Of a DNA stretch of 64,000 nucleotides, positions 1 through 12,187 are shown one piece after another. Location of the stretch: NCBI RefSeq assembly GCF_902459465.1, contig NC_047066.1, positions 5,084,001 through 5,148,000 on the forward strand, read 5' to 3'. Below the pieces are notes generated by a model. The model was given only the letters and a program-made list of their open reading frames with translations. It had not been told where the DNA came from and did not search any database. Both the position numbers and the translations under genes were made by a program. Source of the stretch: Asterias rubens. Taxonomy: Eukaryota. How positions within the stretch are numbered: the stretch's first letter is position 1; the number at the start of each line of letters is the position of its first letter.

Positions 1-871
1 CGCTATGTGCGCGCGCTCCAAGTAAAGTTTAAAGTTTGTACATGGCACAATTTCATAAAGCCGGTAAGCATTAAAACTAACTAAGCACAGACAAATTTTG
101 CTCAAAACCGGTTACCCGCATTATTTCATAGTTGCAACTGGTGCCCCAAAGCAGTATTTTCTGTTCAGAGTCTTTTGTGAAATTGGGCCCAGTTCGTATC
201 TTAAATCTGGAGCACTTTCCCAATGTCCCTTCAAAGACACCGTACGATGTAACAAAAAGCGCTGGATAAAGTGACTCTATACTTCCATGGATTAAGTCAA
301 AGTGTGCCTTCGGAAGATAACATTGCTCATCCTGGAAGCGGAAATATCACTGCCGCATGAGGGCGTACCTTGCTAATCACAAACACACCTCGATCTCAAG
401 TAAAATTTGAGAAATTAATGTTCACGGCATTAGTTGACCTGTTTTAGTGTGCTTACAAGTTTCCTTTGGTACAGTGAACGATTTCCCTTGTTTAAGCAAA
501 GTTAAATGCACACTAAACACTCCAGTTACTACTCAATATTGGGTTCCAATCAGTACTCACAAAATAAGCTCAGTCTAGTTGTTGACAAAGTTTGGACGAA
601 ATCGTTCCCTGCAAGTAATTAACCCAGTTTGAAACCATCAGCCAACGCACTAGGTTGTTTGTTTATACCAATTTACTTTCTGTCATATGTACAGCCATAA
701 AACATGTACACCCATGACCCATGCCTATTTGTCAACCTACAACCCAATCTTACACCCATGTTTACACCAGCACCCAACTTTGTCACACTCATTTATTTGC
801 AGTGTGACACTCCCGTTTATTTTTATACTCTATATATTTACACCCTTTTCCCTCTCCTTCCTTGTGCCCAG

Positions 872-1077
872 GGATCTATCTGCACCAGCTCCTCGTCCAT
901 CTGCTCGGCCACACCCTGGGCTTGGGTCACTCTCCGGACCCCAAGTCCGTCATGAACCCGGCCGTGCGACCCTACGACCCCGAGTTTGCCCTCACAAAGA
1001 ATGACATGATGGGCTTGCACTCCCTCTACGGCAGGAAAAAGAGAGACAGCGTCCGCCGACAGCGTCGCCATCATTGA
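872..1077 (+). CDS. Terminal coding exon of an MMP-like (M10A) protein with catalytic Glu->Leu substitution and no hemopexin domain (upstream exons not seen in the window)
   Basis: Polypyrimidine tract plus AG acceptor at 870-871, phase 1, the same position as the catalytic exon-4 acceptor of the two other MMPs. Translates GIYLHQLLVHLLGHTLGLGHSPDPKSVMNPAVRPYDPEFALTKNDMMGLHSLYGRKKRDSVRRQRRHH*: three zinc His, Met-turn SVMNP and the LYG end of the catalytic domain. AATAAA at 1094-1099. Confidence 0.85.
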
Positions 1078-1167
1078 CCTGAGAAGGAGTTTGAATAAAA
1101 ACAACTTTTTCTTTATTTTGTGAGTGAGCTCTCCGAATCACGCAAATGCAACGAAAACATTACCAAC

Positions 1168-1320
1168 TTCTAGTTGGTTGACACTGCTCTAGAATTGCAC
1201 TGGTCGGCCGTGGTTCGAGTCTCACCCGAGTAATATGCCTGTGATATGTTTTCCAACAGAACTCGAGAAAGTGCTGAGCATACAGTGCTAGCACACATGG
1301 GTAAAACAAAATGCATATTC
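1168..1320 (+). mobile_element. tRNA-derived SINE, family 1 (in the 3' flank/UTR of the MMP-like gene)
   Basis: TAGTTGGTTGACACTGCTCTAGAATTGC...GGTTCGAGTCTCACCCGAGTAATATGCCTGTGAT matches the reverse complement of 57240-57430. Confidence 0.65.
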
Positions 1321-3407
1321 ATAACCCCCGATGCAAATTTAACATCTATTACTACCAACTTTGGTATCAATCTCTTGTGTTGCCAGACGAAGACCAGACC
1401 CGAGAAAAACCAATGATTTTTGTAATTAAAAACCCATATCCGCTAAACTTCTTTTATGGAAGGTGTGACTACCTCCACCCCCCCCCCCCCGATCACCAAC
1501 AACCACCCCACACGGTGAACCACAAACCCCCAAACTGACATTGATACTTCACATATGTTCATGACCCTAAATCCTTCTACCTTATGTACATAAATGATTC
1601 TTGTAAATAAAGCAAAGGAACCAGTTGGGTAAGGTCTTTTGTTCTAACCAAGATGTCAAAAGCTGACCGATGTGCCTGCTCAGCAGAATTGTTTTTGTTG
1701 AGAATTAATGCACAGAAACGAAACGGGCATTATTTCGGTACCATCGAATTTTATAATGTGCTTAAACGGCCATACAGTGACGGGCCTTTACACATACAGG
1801 GTACCGAAAGCAGAGTGCTAAACTGGGGGTGGGCCAATTTCAGAGAGCTGCTAAGCACAACAGATGATATTGACCTAACAGCATTTCCAAAAAGGGAACA
1901 TTTTAACAACTTGTTATTTAAACCTTCCATAATACTGATTATGGTCCTAGCATTCCCTTGTTTTTATGTGGATTAGTGGCCCCAAAATGAAACACCTTGC
2001 GTAATACGGAGAGCTCCGTGTATATAATGCCATGTAAATAAGCTGTAAAGATAAAAACGAAATACTCTGCCTAACTGTTTGAACTTTTAATTTTTTAATC
2101 AACCAAAGATATACTAATCAAACTATTATGATATTTTCTTATGCTCTGTTATATATCTTTTATGTACACTTTCTGTTTGATAAGCTTTTGAAGTTTGTGT
2201 GTATAATAAAATATTGTACAAAGTTTAACTTCTGCAGCAGTCATGGTGTTGTATTATGATTATGTTTGAGGAAGACATTATTTAGTCTGGAGTTTCAATG
2301 ACTTTCGTAACGATATTATGATGTCAATCTGATAACCATGGGTTTAGTATGGTTGTCAAACCAAAGACCAAGGACATTTTGGGTGAAACGCTCACGTTGA
2401 AGCTTGTTTCGTGCTTACTAACATAGCAGAAATAAACTGTTTTTTAAAAAGCCTGAAGCGCATTTCACAGGTTAGCCATGAAATTAGGTAGCCATTTTTG
2501 CGCGTTTACCATGGTTTTGCATCGTTACGTCATTCATTTTCAGAAACCGGAAGGCAAGCATGCCTTTTCGTGTGCTAATGCTGAAAAAGAAACTCGTAAA
2601 GTAAGCACAAAGCAGCTAAGCAGCTCTACGAAATTTTGCCCAGTGTGCAATTTAAACGGAAGCGCAAAATGCCTGATCTCTATAAACAGTGTTCTAGTTT
2701 ATGTGTGTGGATCAACACAGTTCTTCCAAGGAACTACTGTTAATTTTACTTTAAAAGATCCCGCGGGGACTGTAAATATTTATGTAATCTATTTCCCAAA
2801 ATAACTTAATTCTAAGAACAACCACAGGTGCAAAAACTTGTAAGTGTTGACATTTCGAACTTTATACTGCGTTTATTTTTTTTGGGATGCACTTGGCACC
2901 GGATAATGTTTTCCCCCTGCCTAAAAGAGAAGCCATTTTGTTGTCGTTGTTTTGTTTTGTTTTGTATTTCGCAAATTATTCGGGTCCCGCTGCTTTATGC
3001 CCGAAACACCTTTGTTCAGTTTCTGTTTACCGCGGTCTGATATTGGCTTAGTGTTGTTCATAAAAACAAGAGACATTAACCAGCGAGATATTAATAATGT
3101 TCCTTTGCCAGCTAGCTTGGCGTCTAACATCCCATGTTCAACTCCCATGGAAGTTACTGAGTTCCCATCGGGGCAACCCAAGTAATCAAAATAGTTCATG
3201 TTCCCCCAAATCTGGGTTTAGTTTCAGATCGAACGGGTCTCTTTACATCCTTTACTCTGCTTATGACCCGTCATTCCATGAGGCCAAGGCCTCCGGTAAC
3301 CGAATGTTTTACGATTCTATATTTTATTTCTGAGATGTCCGCGGTTGTTTTTGACAGTGTCGTAAAAACCCCAAGGAGTTTCGAAGTAAGGAGGGAAGTA
3401 GAGCAAG

Positions 3408-3830
3408 GAGGTTGTTAGTCTTGGTTCAAGACGAGAACAGACGATGCAAAACTAAGCGGGTGATACGGCACACTACCCATGGTGGTGTGCGCTATATAAG
3501 ACCTCGATATTATATTATTATAGCGAGGCTGTGAAATAATCCATGCGAAGAGCTTGAAACCAAGACTATGAGGTTGTTAGTCTTGGTCCAAGACGAGAAT
3601 AGACTATAAACGCAAAGCTAGCAGTCGATACGGCGAACTGCCCATGGTATAGCGAGGGTGGGAAATAATTCATGCGAAGGGCTTGAAACCAAGTCTAGGA
3701 GGTATTACATGTTAGTCTTGGTCCAAGACGAGAACAGACTTACGCATAACTAGCTGGCGATCTTTGCGTGCTGCAAGGCTGGGAAATAATAAAATCGAAG
3801 GTCTTGGAACCAAGACTATCCAGGAGGTTG
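3408..3830. repeat. Degenerate 130-160-bp tandem repeat x3
   Basis: GAGGTTGTTAGTCTTGGT(T/C)CAAGACGAGAA...CTTGAAACCAAGACTA recurs at ~3408, 3570 and 3698. Confidence 0.75.
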
Positions 3831-5169
3831 TGGACTTGTGGTGTTGGGAAGGCACGTAAACCAGATTTGGATTGATTGATTATTCCAATGTTGATTGTCG
3901 GTTTCTGTTTGTGGCTTCTAAGATGTAATTAATTGCACATATACCTTGGAATACCGGGAACTTGGATGGGGGAAAATGTAATGTAGGCCGTACAAATAAA
4001 CCGAATACTGGGTGGAGAGAGCTAGCACATTCCAAGCCGGCCGTGAACTTAAACTTACCCCGGTGTATCAACGCGCCGACCAGCCGCCTCCTGCATGGTC
4101 TTGGGTTGGAGATTTATGGCCCTGGGTCTGAAATTGAAAACCATTTGCAGAATGTTTTTAATACAGAATGTTTTTAATCTTGACGAAAGTATTTTTAATC
4201 AAGAAAAAATACTTGGCAACTTTTCCACGTCCGGAAACGATATGCCTAAGCCTGCTATAGTGCTACATGACTAAGAGCATGTAGGCCTACCATCAGCATT
4301 TTTTCTGTCATTCTTTACTTGATGATAATACGATTTCACTTGCACCTGGTCGTGAGACAAAGTTGGCAAGAAATGCTTAATTTTGAAAGTTCGATGTCCT
4401 TTTTTAAATATTGCCTTGTGCGAAAAAGCACTTCGTCTGGATTTGAGCTCTCTTGATACACGGAACTTCCGTTTAGTTCTATTGAGCCGTCGTTCACAAA
4501 AAACAGTCACAATTCAAGACGCCTACTAATCTAGATTTCTCAGTCCTCATGGACTCCTCATCAACCAAGCTGTTGCACTTTTTATAAAAACTTCGTCAAG
4601 TGCAAAAAACTTCACGCTGGGTCACGAGAAGTGTCTTTTGTCTATATAGTCATTTGACGCAAAAAGTTTTGTAAAATGCAAAGATATTAAAGGGTTCCAG
4701 TGGTTCTCGATTTAGTCTGGCGACATTGCGAATGATAGTGCTGTCACGGTTCATCGGTGCTGTCAATTTGATCATTTAACATTTTTGTAGTTATGCATTA
4801 CGGCGTTCTGCGTGCATCGAAATAAGGGTGTGGGCTAGACTCCCAGTCATTACACTTGTCCGTTATTATACTTGACGGTATTATTTTGCTTATCTTCACC
4901 GAGGAGTAAATGGGTACTTGAGGACAGAGTTGGTTCATATAGGACTGATGGACGGTGAACTGTATGCCCAGGGAGGAGCTGAGCTGGATCAAGGATTGAC
5001 TCAGTAAAGAGATGTTCACTCTTCCGGGTCAAAATTTACAAATTTTCAGGCGAAATGACGCAAAATCAGAGTTACAAGTAAATTTTTGTTTACCACTTTT
5101 CAGGTCAACCTGACCCGGAAAAAGACTAGGCTCGTGTGACCCAACATTCGGATCAATTTGTTATCTGGG

Positions 5170-5538
5170 TTAAAGGGAAGGTACACGTTTGGTAATTACC
5201 CATTAACTTAAAAACTGACTTGGTAACGAGCATTGGAGAGCTGTTGATAGGATAAAACATTGTGGGAAATGGCTCCCTCTGAAGTAATGTAGTTTTTGAG
5301 AAAGAGGTTATTTCTCATTAAAATAATAAAATACTTCTATAGCTAGAAGTCTTTTATTCCTATCTTAAAGCACACAAATTCGTGTAACAAGGGTGTCGTT
5401 GCTTTCATCATTTTCTCGCAACTTCGATGACCGATTGAGCCCAAAGTTTCACAGGCTTGTTATTTTATGCATTTGATGGGATACACCAAGTGAGAAGACT
5501 GGTCTTTGGCAATTACCAAACGTGTACCTTCCCTTTAA
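5170..5538. mobile_element. Kolobok-like TTAA MITE (main family, variant TIR)
   Basis: TTAAAGGGAAGGTACACGTTTGGTAATT ... AATTACCAAACGTGTACCTTCCCTTTAA, with the same internal body as the other copies. Confidence 0.8.
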
Positions 5539-6342
5539 AACTTAATATAACGTAAATTTCAAAGGTAAATTTCATAGTCGATAATGATACTGTCTGTATT
5601 CCAATGGGAAATTAAGCCAGCGTCAAGAAACATGGAATCTGTGCCAAGATGTTGTATAAACGCCATGTGTGCCATCTCTATAACTTGTGACATTATTGAC
5701 GAGTGTTGGCTGTTCAATGTTTCTGTAAGAAAATGAAGGAGATATCTCCAAGATGAATTTGCCTCGAAGTCTTTTGAGGGAAGAATGCTGTGTATGTTGC
5801 CTGTAATCGAGTGATGACTAAATTCTTTTTTTCAGAAGAAAATGTTTGTCATGATTTCTGGAAGCGTCTTTTGGGAGTCACTACTGGCTGTCAAGTCAGG
5901 TTAATAGTTGTTCCAATGTTCTAATAAACGAAGAAGGAATTAGCTGCTGCAAAACGAACAAACAACTTGCTAAGCATAGAAAACTCTTGCTTAGCAAAAG
6001 TCAGCTACCAGACAAAATGCTATACATTTACAATTGTTGTCACTGGTACCCACTCATTTCTTGCTTGGCAAAGGAACTTTCTAAGCACTGCATATTGTCT
6101 GGTGCTAAACAGCTTAATGAAATTGGGCCAAGTGGTTGTGTATGGTGCAAATTAATTTTGTTGGTTAATGACCTCGCGTTTCAACCAATGGAGCAGAGGC
6201 CTTCTGAAAGGTTAACATAAGAAATTGGTAACACAAACACACGCTTACAGATTAATACTGAACAGAAACAAAATAGCTTTGACTGTGATGTTCAATATCA
6301 TGAAGAGAGGTGAACAGATAGACACATGAATATGACATAGAC

Positions 6343-6590
6343 CATGGTCGGTCCGGTTTGTGTAGTGGTTGCTTGTCTCGCTTTCAGGACCCCGGTCGAA
6401 TCACACCGAGTGCACTGTATGTGGATTGGGTTTTTCAGTCTCTACTTGACTGCGTGGGTTTTTCCCTGGAATAATTTTTATCCCACATCTAAAACTGAAA
6501 TTTCGTCGTCATCATCCTCTGTTCACATTTGGCTCTAATTAGAGCATTGAGGATATTTATCAAGATCCCTATCCAGAACCTTGGATTTCT
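6343..6590 (+). mobile_element. tRNA-derived SINE (V-domain-like family)
   Basis: A-box-like TGTGTAGTGG, B-box-like GGTCGAATC, central TGCGTGGGTTTTTCCCTGG; homologous to 20905-21360 and to a minus-strand fragment at ~26340-26410. Confidence 0.6.
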
Positions 6591-9500
6591 TGATAAAACA
6601 TTGCAAAATCCTGTTACTTTAAACATAAATCCGTGCAGAAATAGTGATTATTTGAGTCATGTCCTTCATCAACAGCTTCCAACTGTTGGTGTTCCCCACC
6701 CCCCCTTGTTTACCTTTTCTTTATTTCTAAATACCTTAAGACATAAAATGTGCCTTATACTACGCTCTTAAGAAGTCTTTTCGCACCTGCTGTGTGAATG
6801 AACACCGTGTTGTTTGTGAAGATCACGTACACCCCATCCTTCCCTTCAAGAAAAATGTTGGTCACATTTTTGCAGTCTCAGTCATATCTGGCCATGGGGC
6901 TACTGTGACGATTTAGTTACGTCGGTTTATAGGGTGTATAACAAAGTATAGTGTTTCGATTGTTTTTGGTTCACATTATCTCAAGGACCTTTGTTACGAG
7001 CGAGAGGTTCCATTCTTTGGTCAGTTTTGATGCCTGCTCAGAAGTTTATGCCGAGGTGACATCTATAGGTCGTTGACCTATGTGGCAATACGATGAAAGT
7101 CATAGCAGTTTGGGGTCCATGGCTTCCACCGTCCAACTGTGGACCTTTCACTATGGTCAAACCGATCGACACTGGGTGCTGGTCAAGTAAAAGGTTGTGG
7201 TCAAATGAGGTTTTAAAAATCACAAAAAGGAAACAACTAAAATGTTCTCTTTCCATATGAACGGGACAACATGGACGATCGCGAGCCCACTGGACTCAGA
7301 ATGTCAAAGACCAGTAATCTTACTCGGCACAAGATAATGCCGCATAAAGAAACAAATCTGTGAAAATTTGGACTTCGAAGGCCAACATTTGGACTTCGAA
7401 GTTGCAAAGTTGCAACATGGAAGTTGCAAGAGAATAATGAAAGAAAAACACCCTGTTGCATAATATGTTTTTTGTTTTCAGATGCCCAAGAGAGGCTTCA
7501 GACCCGAAGTCTAATTATTTTAGTGAGAAATTACCTCTTTCTAAAAACAACTGCGGTACTTCAGAGGGAGCCGTTTCTCACAATGTTTTATACTATCAAA
7601 AACTCTCCATTGCTCGTTACCTAGTACAGTGCTATGCTAACAATAATTTTGAGTAATAACATATTGTGTCCAGTGCCTTTAATGCCATATGACACGACCA
7701 ATAACAGTGCCAACATCTGATTCACGAGCGCAGGTGTTCCAAGTTGAACTTGTCATCAGGGTATTTCACAATCCATCTCGGGTAGAGGTTCGAGAACGTG
7801 ATCGGGGAAAAGAAAGTCAGAGTTGGAATCCCTGTCAACTATCAAAACAATTCGCTCATAAGAAGATTATAATTCACGGTTTTGAACTCAAGATAATCAA
7901 AATTCAATACTGAAAAGGGTGCGGCATGGAACCGCTCACAAATGTTGTCTTCCTTGTTGTCATTTTCTGATTTGCCGTCGGTGTTATCCATGTCTGATTT
8001 GCTGTCATTATCCACGTCTGAGTTTCTGTCATTTTCTTTTCCAATGTTGAGTTGCTGTCGTTGTTGTCAACGAATAGCTGCACTAATAGTCTTATTATAA
8101 TAACTTGTTGTGCCGAAACGTTGTGCCGGGTGTAAGAACGAGGTTCTCTGTGCAAATGGTTCACATCTCTGAGTCCCCTGGTAATTTCCATAACATTTGT
8201 GACCAGAGGAACGGGTTCAGTTTCACGGTAGGGCATATTACAATTATTGCATTAGAAGCAAAAGGGCCTATCAAAGAAACTTATGACAAACTTAGGCCTT
8301 AAAAGAATGGTTAAAATTCAGCACCGCGTTATGGTGGTACCCGGGGATGGGTGGGAGCGACTGTTTAAACATTATCTTATTTAGACCTTTACTGTCCCCC
8401 TGTCTGTATATTGCCCCTGTCTTTATCTGAAATGTATAGACAAGTATTGGTTTTACAGAACCAGTGATTTCATTGGATACAACGATTTCATAGGATTAGC
8501 GAGCAGTGACGTAAGCTTTCCATAAAATCTGATTTGATTGGTCCGATGTGATGTTTGGCAGCTGCACTTTTCGTCATCATGCAGCTTCCTGCTTTTGTTT
8601 TATATATGCATTGTACACGATCGTGTGAATTGACTGCGAATTCGAGGTTAATTGTGATTATGGCAGTGGATTGACGTAGGGCCAAGCCAAAGCTCTGGTG
8701 TAGTTCATGTAGTTTACGAGCCCCAAATGTGACGTCAGATGTTGTTCAAGCGTCTAAGTACGATAGAAACAACAGAGGGCGGGCTACGTCTCGAACGGAT
8801 CCGCGGATCAGATGGAAAAAACTAAACCACGTTTGCTAACACAAAACACATCGATTTACAAAACATCGACATTTAGAAAGGTAATCCTACCAATTTGTTA
8901 AACAATTGCTAAGCTCATGAGCAGATGAACCGATTTTGCTGTGCGTACACCAAGTGTTTCTGTAACTAGGGTTGGAAAGTATTGCAGCAAAGATTCTCTC
9001 GTGCAAGTAGTAACACTTCTTGCTAAAAAAGTGAAAGGGTTCAGAATTTTTAGCCAGGGACCAAATTGTCGATCAGTACTTTATTCTGCAGCTCCTTTAA
9101 TTCTGTACGTTCCGACTTACCTCATAGTTATTCTAAAATTATAAAATTTAAGAATGTCACATTGTGTATATTAAAACCCGCTGAAGGTTTACCGGTAGTG
9201 TGGCAAAATAATGCAATATGGTTTTCACCAAAATAACTAAAATACTTATGTTTAAACTCAACCACAATCTGTTCCAATTATAGATAATGATTTTTTACCT
9301 TGCTATTTCTGTTGCTATGACCAATGTAGGCCTACATGCGAACATCCGTAAAAGGGCCATGAGCCTCCTTAGTCACTTCCAGAAGTACAGAAATACCCAG
9401 TCAAAGTGTAAAGCCGTGATGCTCAACTTTCTTTTAAAAATGTATTTTTGTTTAATTGAAGACATCTTTGTTTTAACCCTCGGGTTGAAGTGCATTACAA

Positions 9501-9630
9501 CATTCTGTAGTTTTTTTGTTTTGTTATTTGTTTTAAAACAAATCTCAATTTGGATTGTTATTATTAACAACAACAGAATGGCTGCCGGCACAGAGGCGGA
9601 GTCCTATATAGGGCTAGGCTGCACCATGGT

Positions 9631-10027
9631 TTCAAGGCAGTGGACACTATTGGTAATTACTCAAAATAATTATTATCATAAAACCTTTCTTGATTACGAG
9701 TAATGGGGAGAGGTTGATAGTACAAAACATTGTGAGAAACGGCTCCCTCTGAAGTGACGTAGTTTTCGAGAAAGACGTAATTTTCCACAAACTTGATTTC
9801 GAGACCTCAGATTTAGAATTTGAGGTCTCGAAATCAAGTATCTGAAAGCACACCATTTCGTGTGACCATGGTGCGACAAGGGTGTTTTTTTCTTTCACTT
9901 ATATCTCGCACCTTCGACGACCGATTGAGCTCAAATTTTCACAGGTTTGTTATTGTATGCATATGTTGAGATATACCAACTGTGAAGACTAGTCTTTGAC
10001 AATTACCAATAGTGTCCAGTGTCTCTG
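9631..10027. mobile_element. Kolobok-like TTAA MITE (main family)
   Basis: AGGCAGTGGACACTATTGGTAATTAC ... ATTACCAATAGTGTCCAGTG; internal GAAACGGCTCCCTCTGAAG and GATTTCGAGACCTCAGA motifs. Confidence 0.75.
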
Positions 10028-12024
10028 AGTCAACTGGTCCTTCGTAATCCATGGCTCTAGCTTCTGTTGTGGGTCTTGCAGGCAGCTTGATTAGCCATAG
10101 CCGATGTCTGAAGCCGTGGTATCCCCATAAAATGTGAAGGCCACAGTAAATATCTCTATTAAAACAATGGTTTATAGTCAGAGCATTTTTAGTAATAATA
10201 CATCGATTTGAATCACACACAATCATGTTAAGTTTCTTGTTTTTTGTTTTAATGAATTTGGCAACAATAAAACATAATTATGTACATTGGCATATTCATA
10301 CATATTTTTTTTAATAACAATCAAAATTATCCCATATAATTTGAACACAAAAAGCGAAAAGAAAGAAGCGCGAAAGATGTAACTAAATCTGAAATGGTTC
10401 TTATATACGTCTGCATTGGTAAAATGATCAGTAAAAAATAATTCGTTGAAATACTATTGAAATTAGTGGGATCTGATTTTGCAATTTTTTTTTAATCTTT
10501 AAAGCTTCGGCGCATATCCAGTGGTTTAGACACGGTATACGCTAGCTGGCAACATGAACTTCAATCGTCTGTAGCAAGATTAGGGCTGTTATTACATAAT
10601 TGCACAAGCTTAAAGGAAAAACATCTAGATAGGAGAAAAAGAAAAGTTTGCGACAGCAGGGAGGGGGTGGACCCACCAACTGGATTCGAACCCAAAGCTA
10701 TATAACTTATTACTCTTCTTTAATAATCATTATAAAAAATACGAGGTAAATCTCTTTTAAAAAGGTATGAATTGTGAATTAAAAATCAAGAAAAAAGTGT
10801 TGCATATTTGGGGACTTTTGCCAAACCCAATGTTTTCTTAATCACAATAATGATGGCGTAAGGGACAATTATTAATATAACAAACCATGAAAAATACTAA
10901 ATTATAAAATCTGGATAATAATGGAGAATTTGCGTTTAATGTTGTTCAATATTACATTCATCTATATATTAATTAAGTTGATACTCTTATTGGTTTGGTA
11001 TTCGACAGTGTGTGACAAATGGAACACGTAAACTGTAACCTGACACCAACCACACGTTCGTAACTATAAATGTGATCCTGCACAATACAACTGGTATCTC
11101 TGATAGATAGTTACTTCACTTATTTACTATTTATTATTTATTTATTTTACAGATTGTTACAAATTAATGTTTTCGTTATTTATTGATGTCTCGGTCCTGG
11201 CTTTGACGCCGGTTGGTTCCGACTGAGACCCTTGTTGCTGTTTCTGGCTTTGACTTTAGTTCTCTTTTCTGACTCCGGCTCCAGTTCCTAATCCGGTCTT
11301 GCCAGGAGTTTCTGTCCCCCGTATGGCGAACTGTGTACAAACTTCTTCTGATAGCGCCCTCTTTTGAATCCACCTCCTCAAGGTCAAGTTAATTTCCCAT
11401 ATGGATGGTGGGGTGGGGGGGGGGGCAGAAATTCAATGACAGGGCTCTGGCTTAAATTCCCATGTTGGCTTCATCTACAGTTACCATTCTGGCTCTGGCT
11501 TTTGCTCAGTCGAGGTTCGAGGTTCGAGGTTCTGACTCTGGATCAATGACCCTGGTTCTGATTCCACTGGGATTTAAAAAGAATGTTGTGGAGTCCGGAG
11601 GCGGTTTCAATGGCTGATAGGGCTAAAGACCAATTCAGAAAAGGCCATCAGTTGGTTTTTAATTTCATTCATCAGTTTGATTTGGGTGGCGTTAATCTTT
11701 CATATACACTCCTTGCACTGACGTCACACAAGGCTGCCCTCTGCTGCATAAAAGGTGCACTGCACTACACACGAGGTGTCTGCTCCTAAAATGGCGCAAC
11801 CAAGAGTTATCATGGGTGATGACATCAGATACAAATGTTTGTACATGACTGCAAAGATTTTTTAGATAGTCTGTTCTCTACGTGTCGTCGATCCATTGTG
11901 TTGTAGCGATCGAGGGTTGTAATCCGAATCAAGTATACAGGGATCCTGACCAACATGGCTATACGCAGTGGTAAACTGTTGATCATTGGATGGGCTAATG
12001 ACTTCGCATGTTACTGTATTTTAT

Positions 12025-12160
12025 GCCCTTTTCGAATCCACGGCTCAGTTGTTTTGACCATGATTGCACGTGCTTAGCGTACCTGTTTAGTCATGGCTTC
12101 AGACGAGAGAACGGAGCCTGAAGCCGAATCCAAAGCCAAAGCCGTGGATTCGGAAAGGGC
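12025..12160. mobile_element. Small hairpin MITE in the predicted MMP-B 3' UTR; second copy at 36211-36379
   Basis: GCCCTTTTCGAATCCACGGCT ... AGCCGTGGATTCGGAAAGGGC. Confidence 0.7.
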
Positions 12161-12187
12161 ATATGTATCTCAGCAGAGTGAAGAGTT

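Noticed and set aside
838-1104. 88-aa minus-strand ORF
   Set aside because: Antisense shadow of the plus-strand MMP-like exon; no motif of its own.
4260-5900. Possible decayed coding sequence (4271-4510 and 5580-5880)
   Set aside because: Short frames with stops and no recognisable domain; cannot be supported without BLASTx.
9647-9898. Recurrent short ORFs containing [14 protein letters not shown] / QREPFLTMF (also 16852, 35629, 50224, 51609)
   Set aside because: All derive from the same non-coding MITE body; no transposase motifs.
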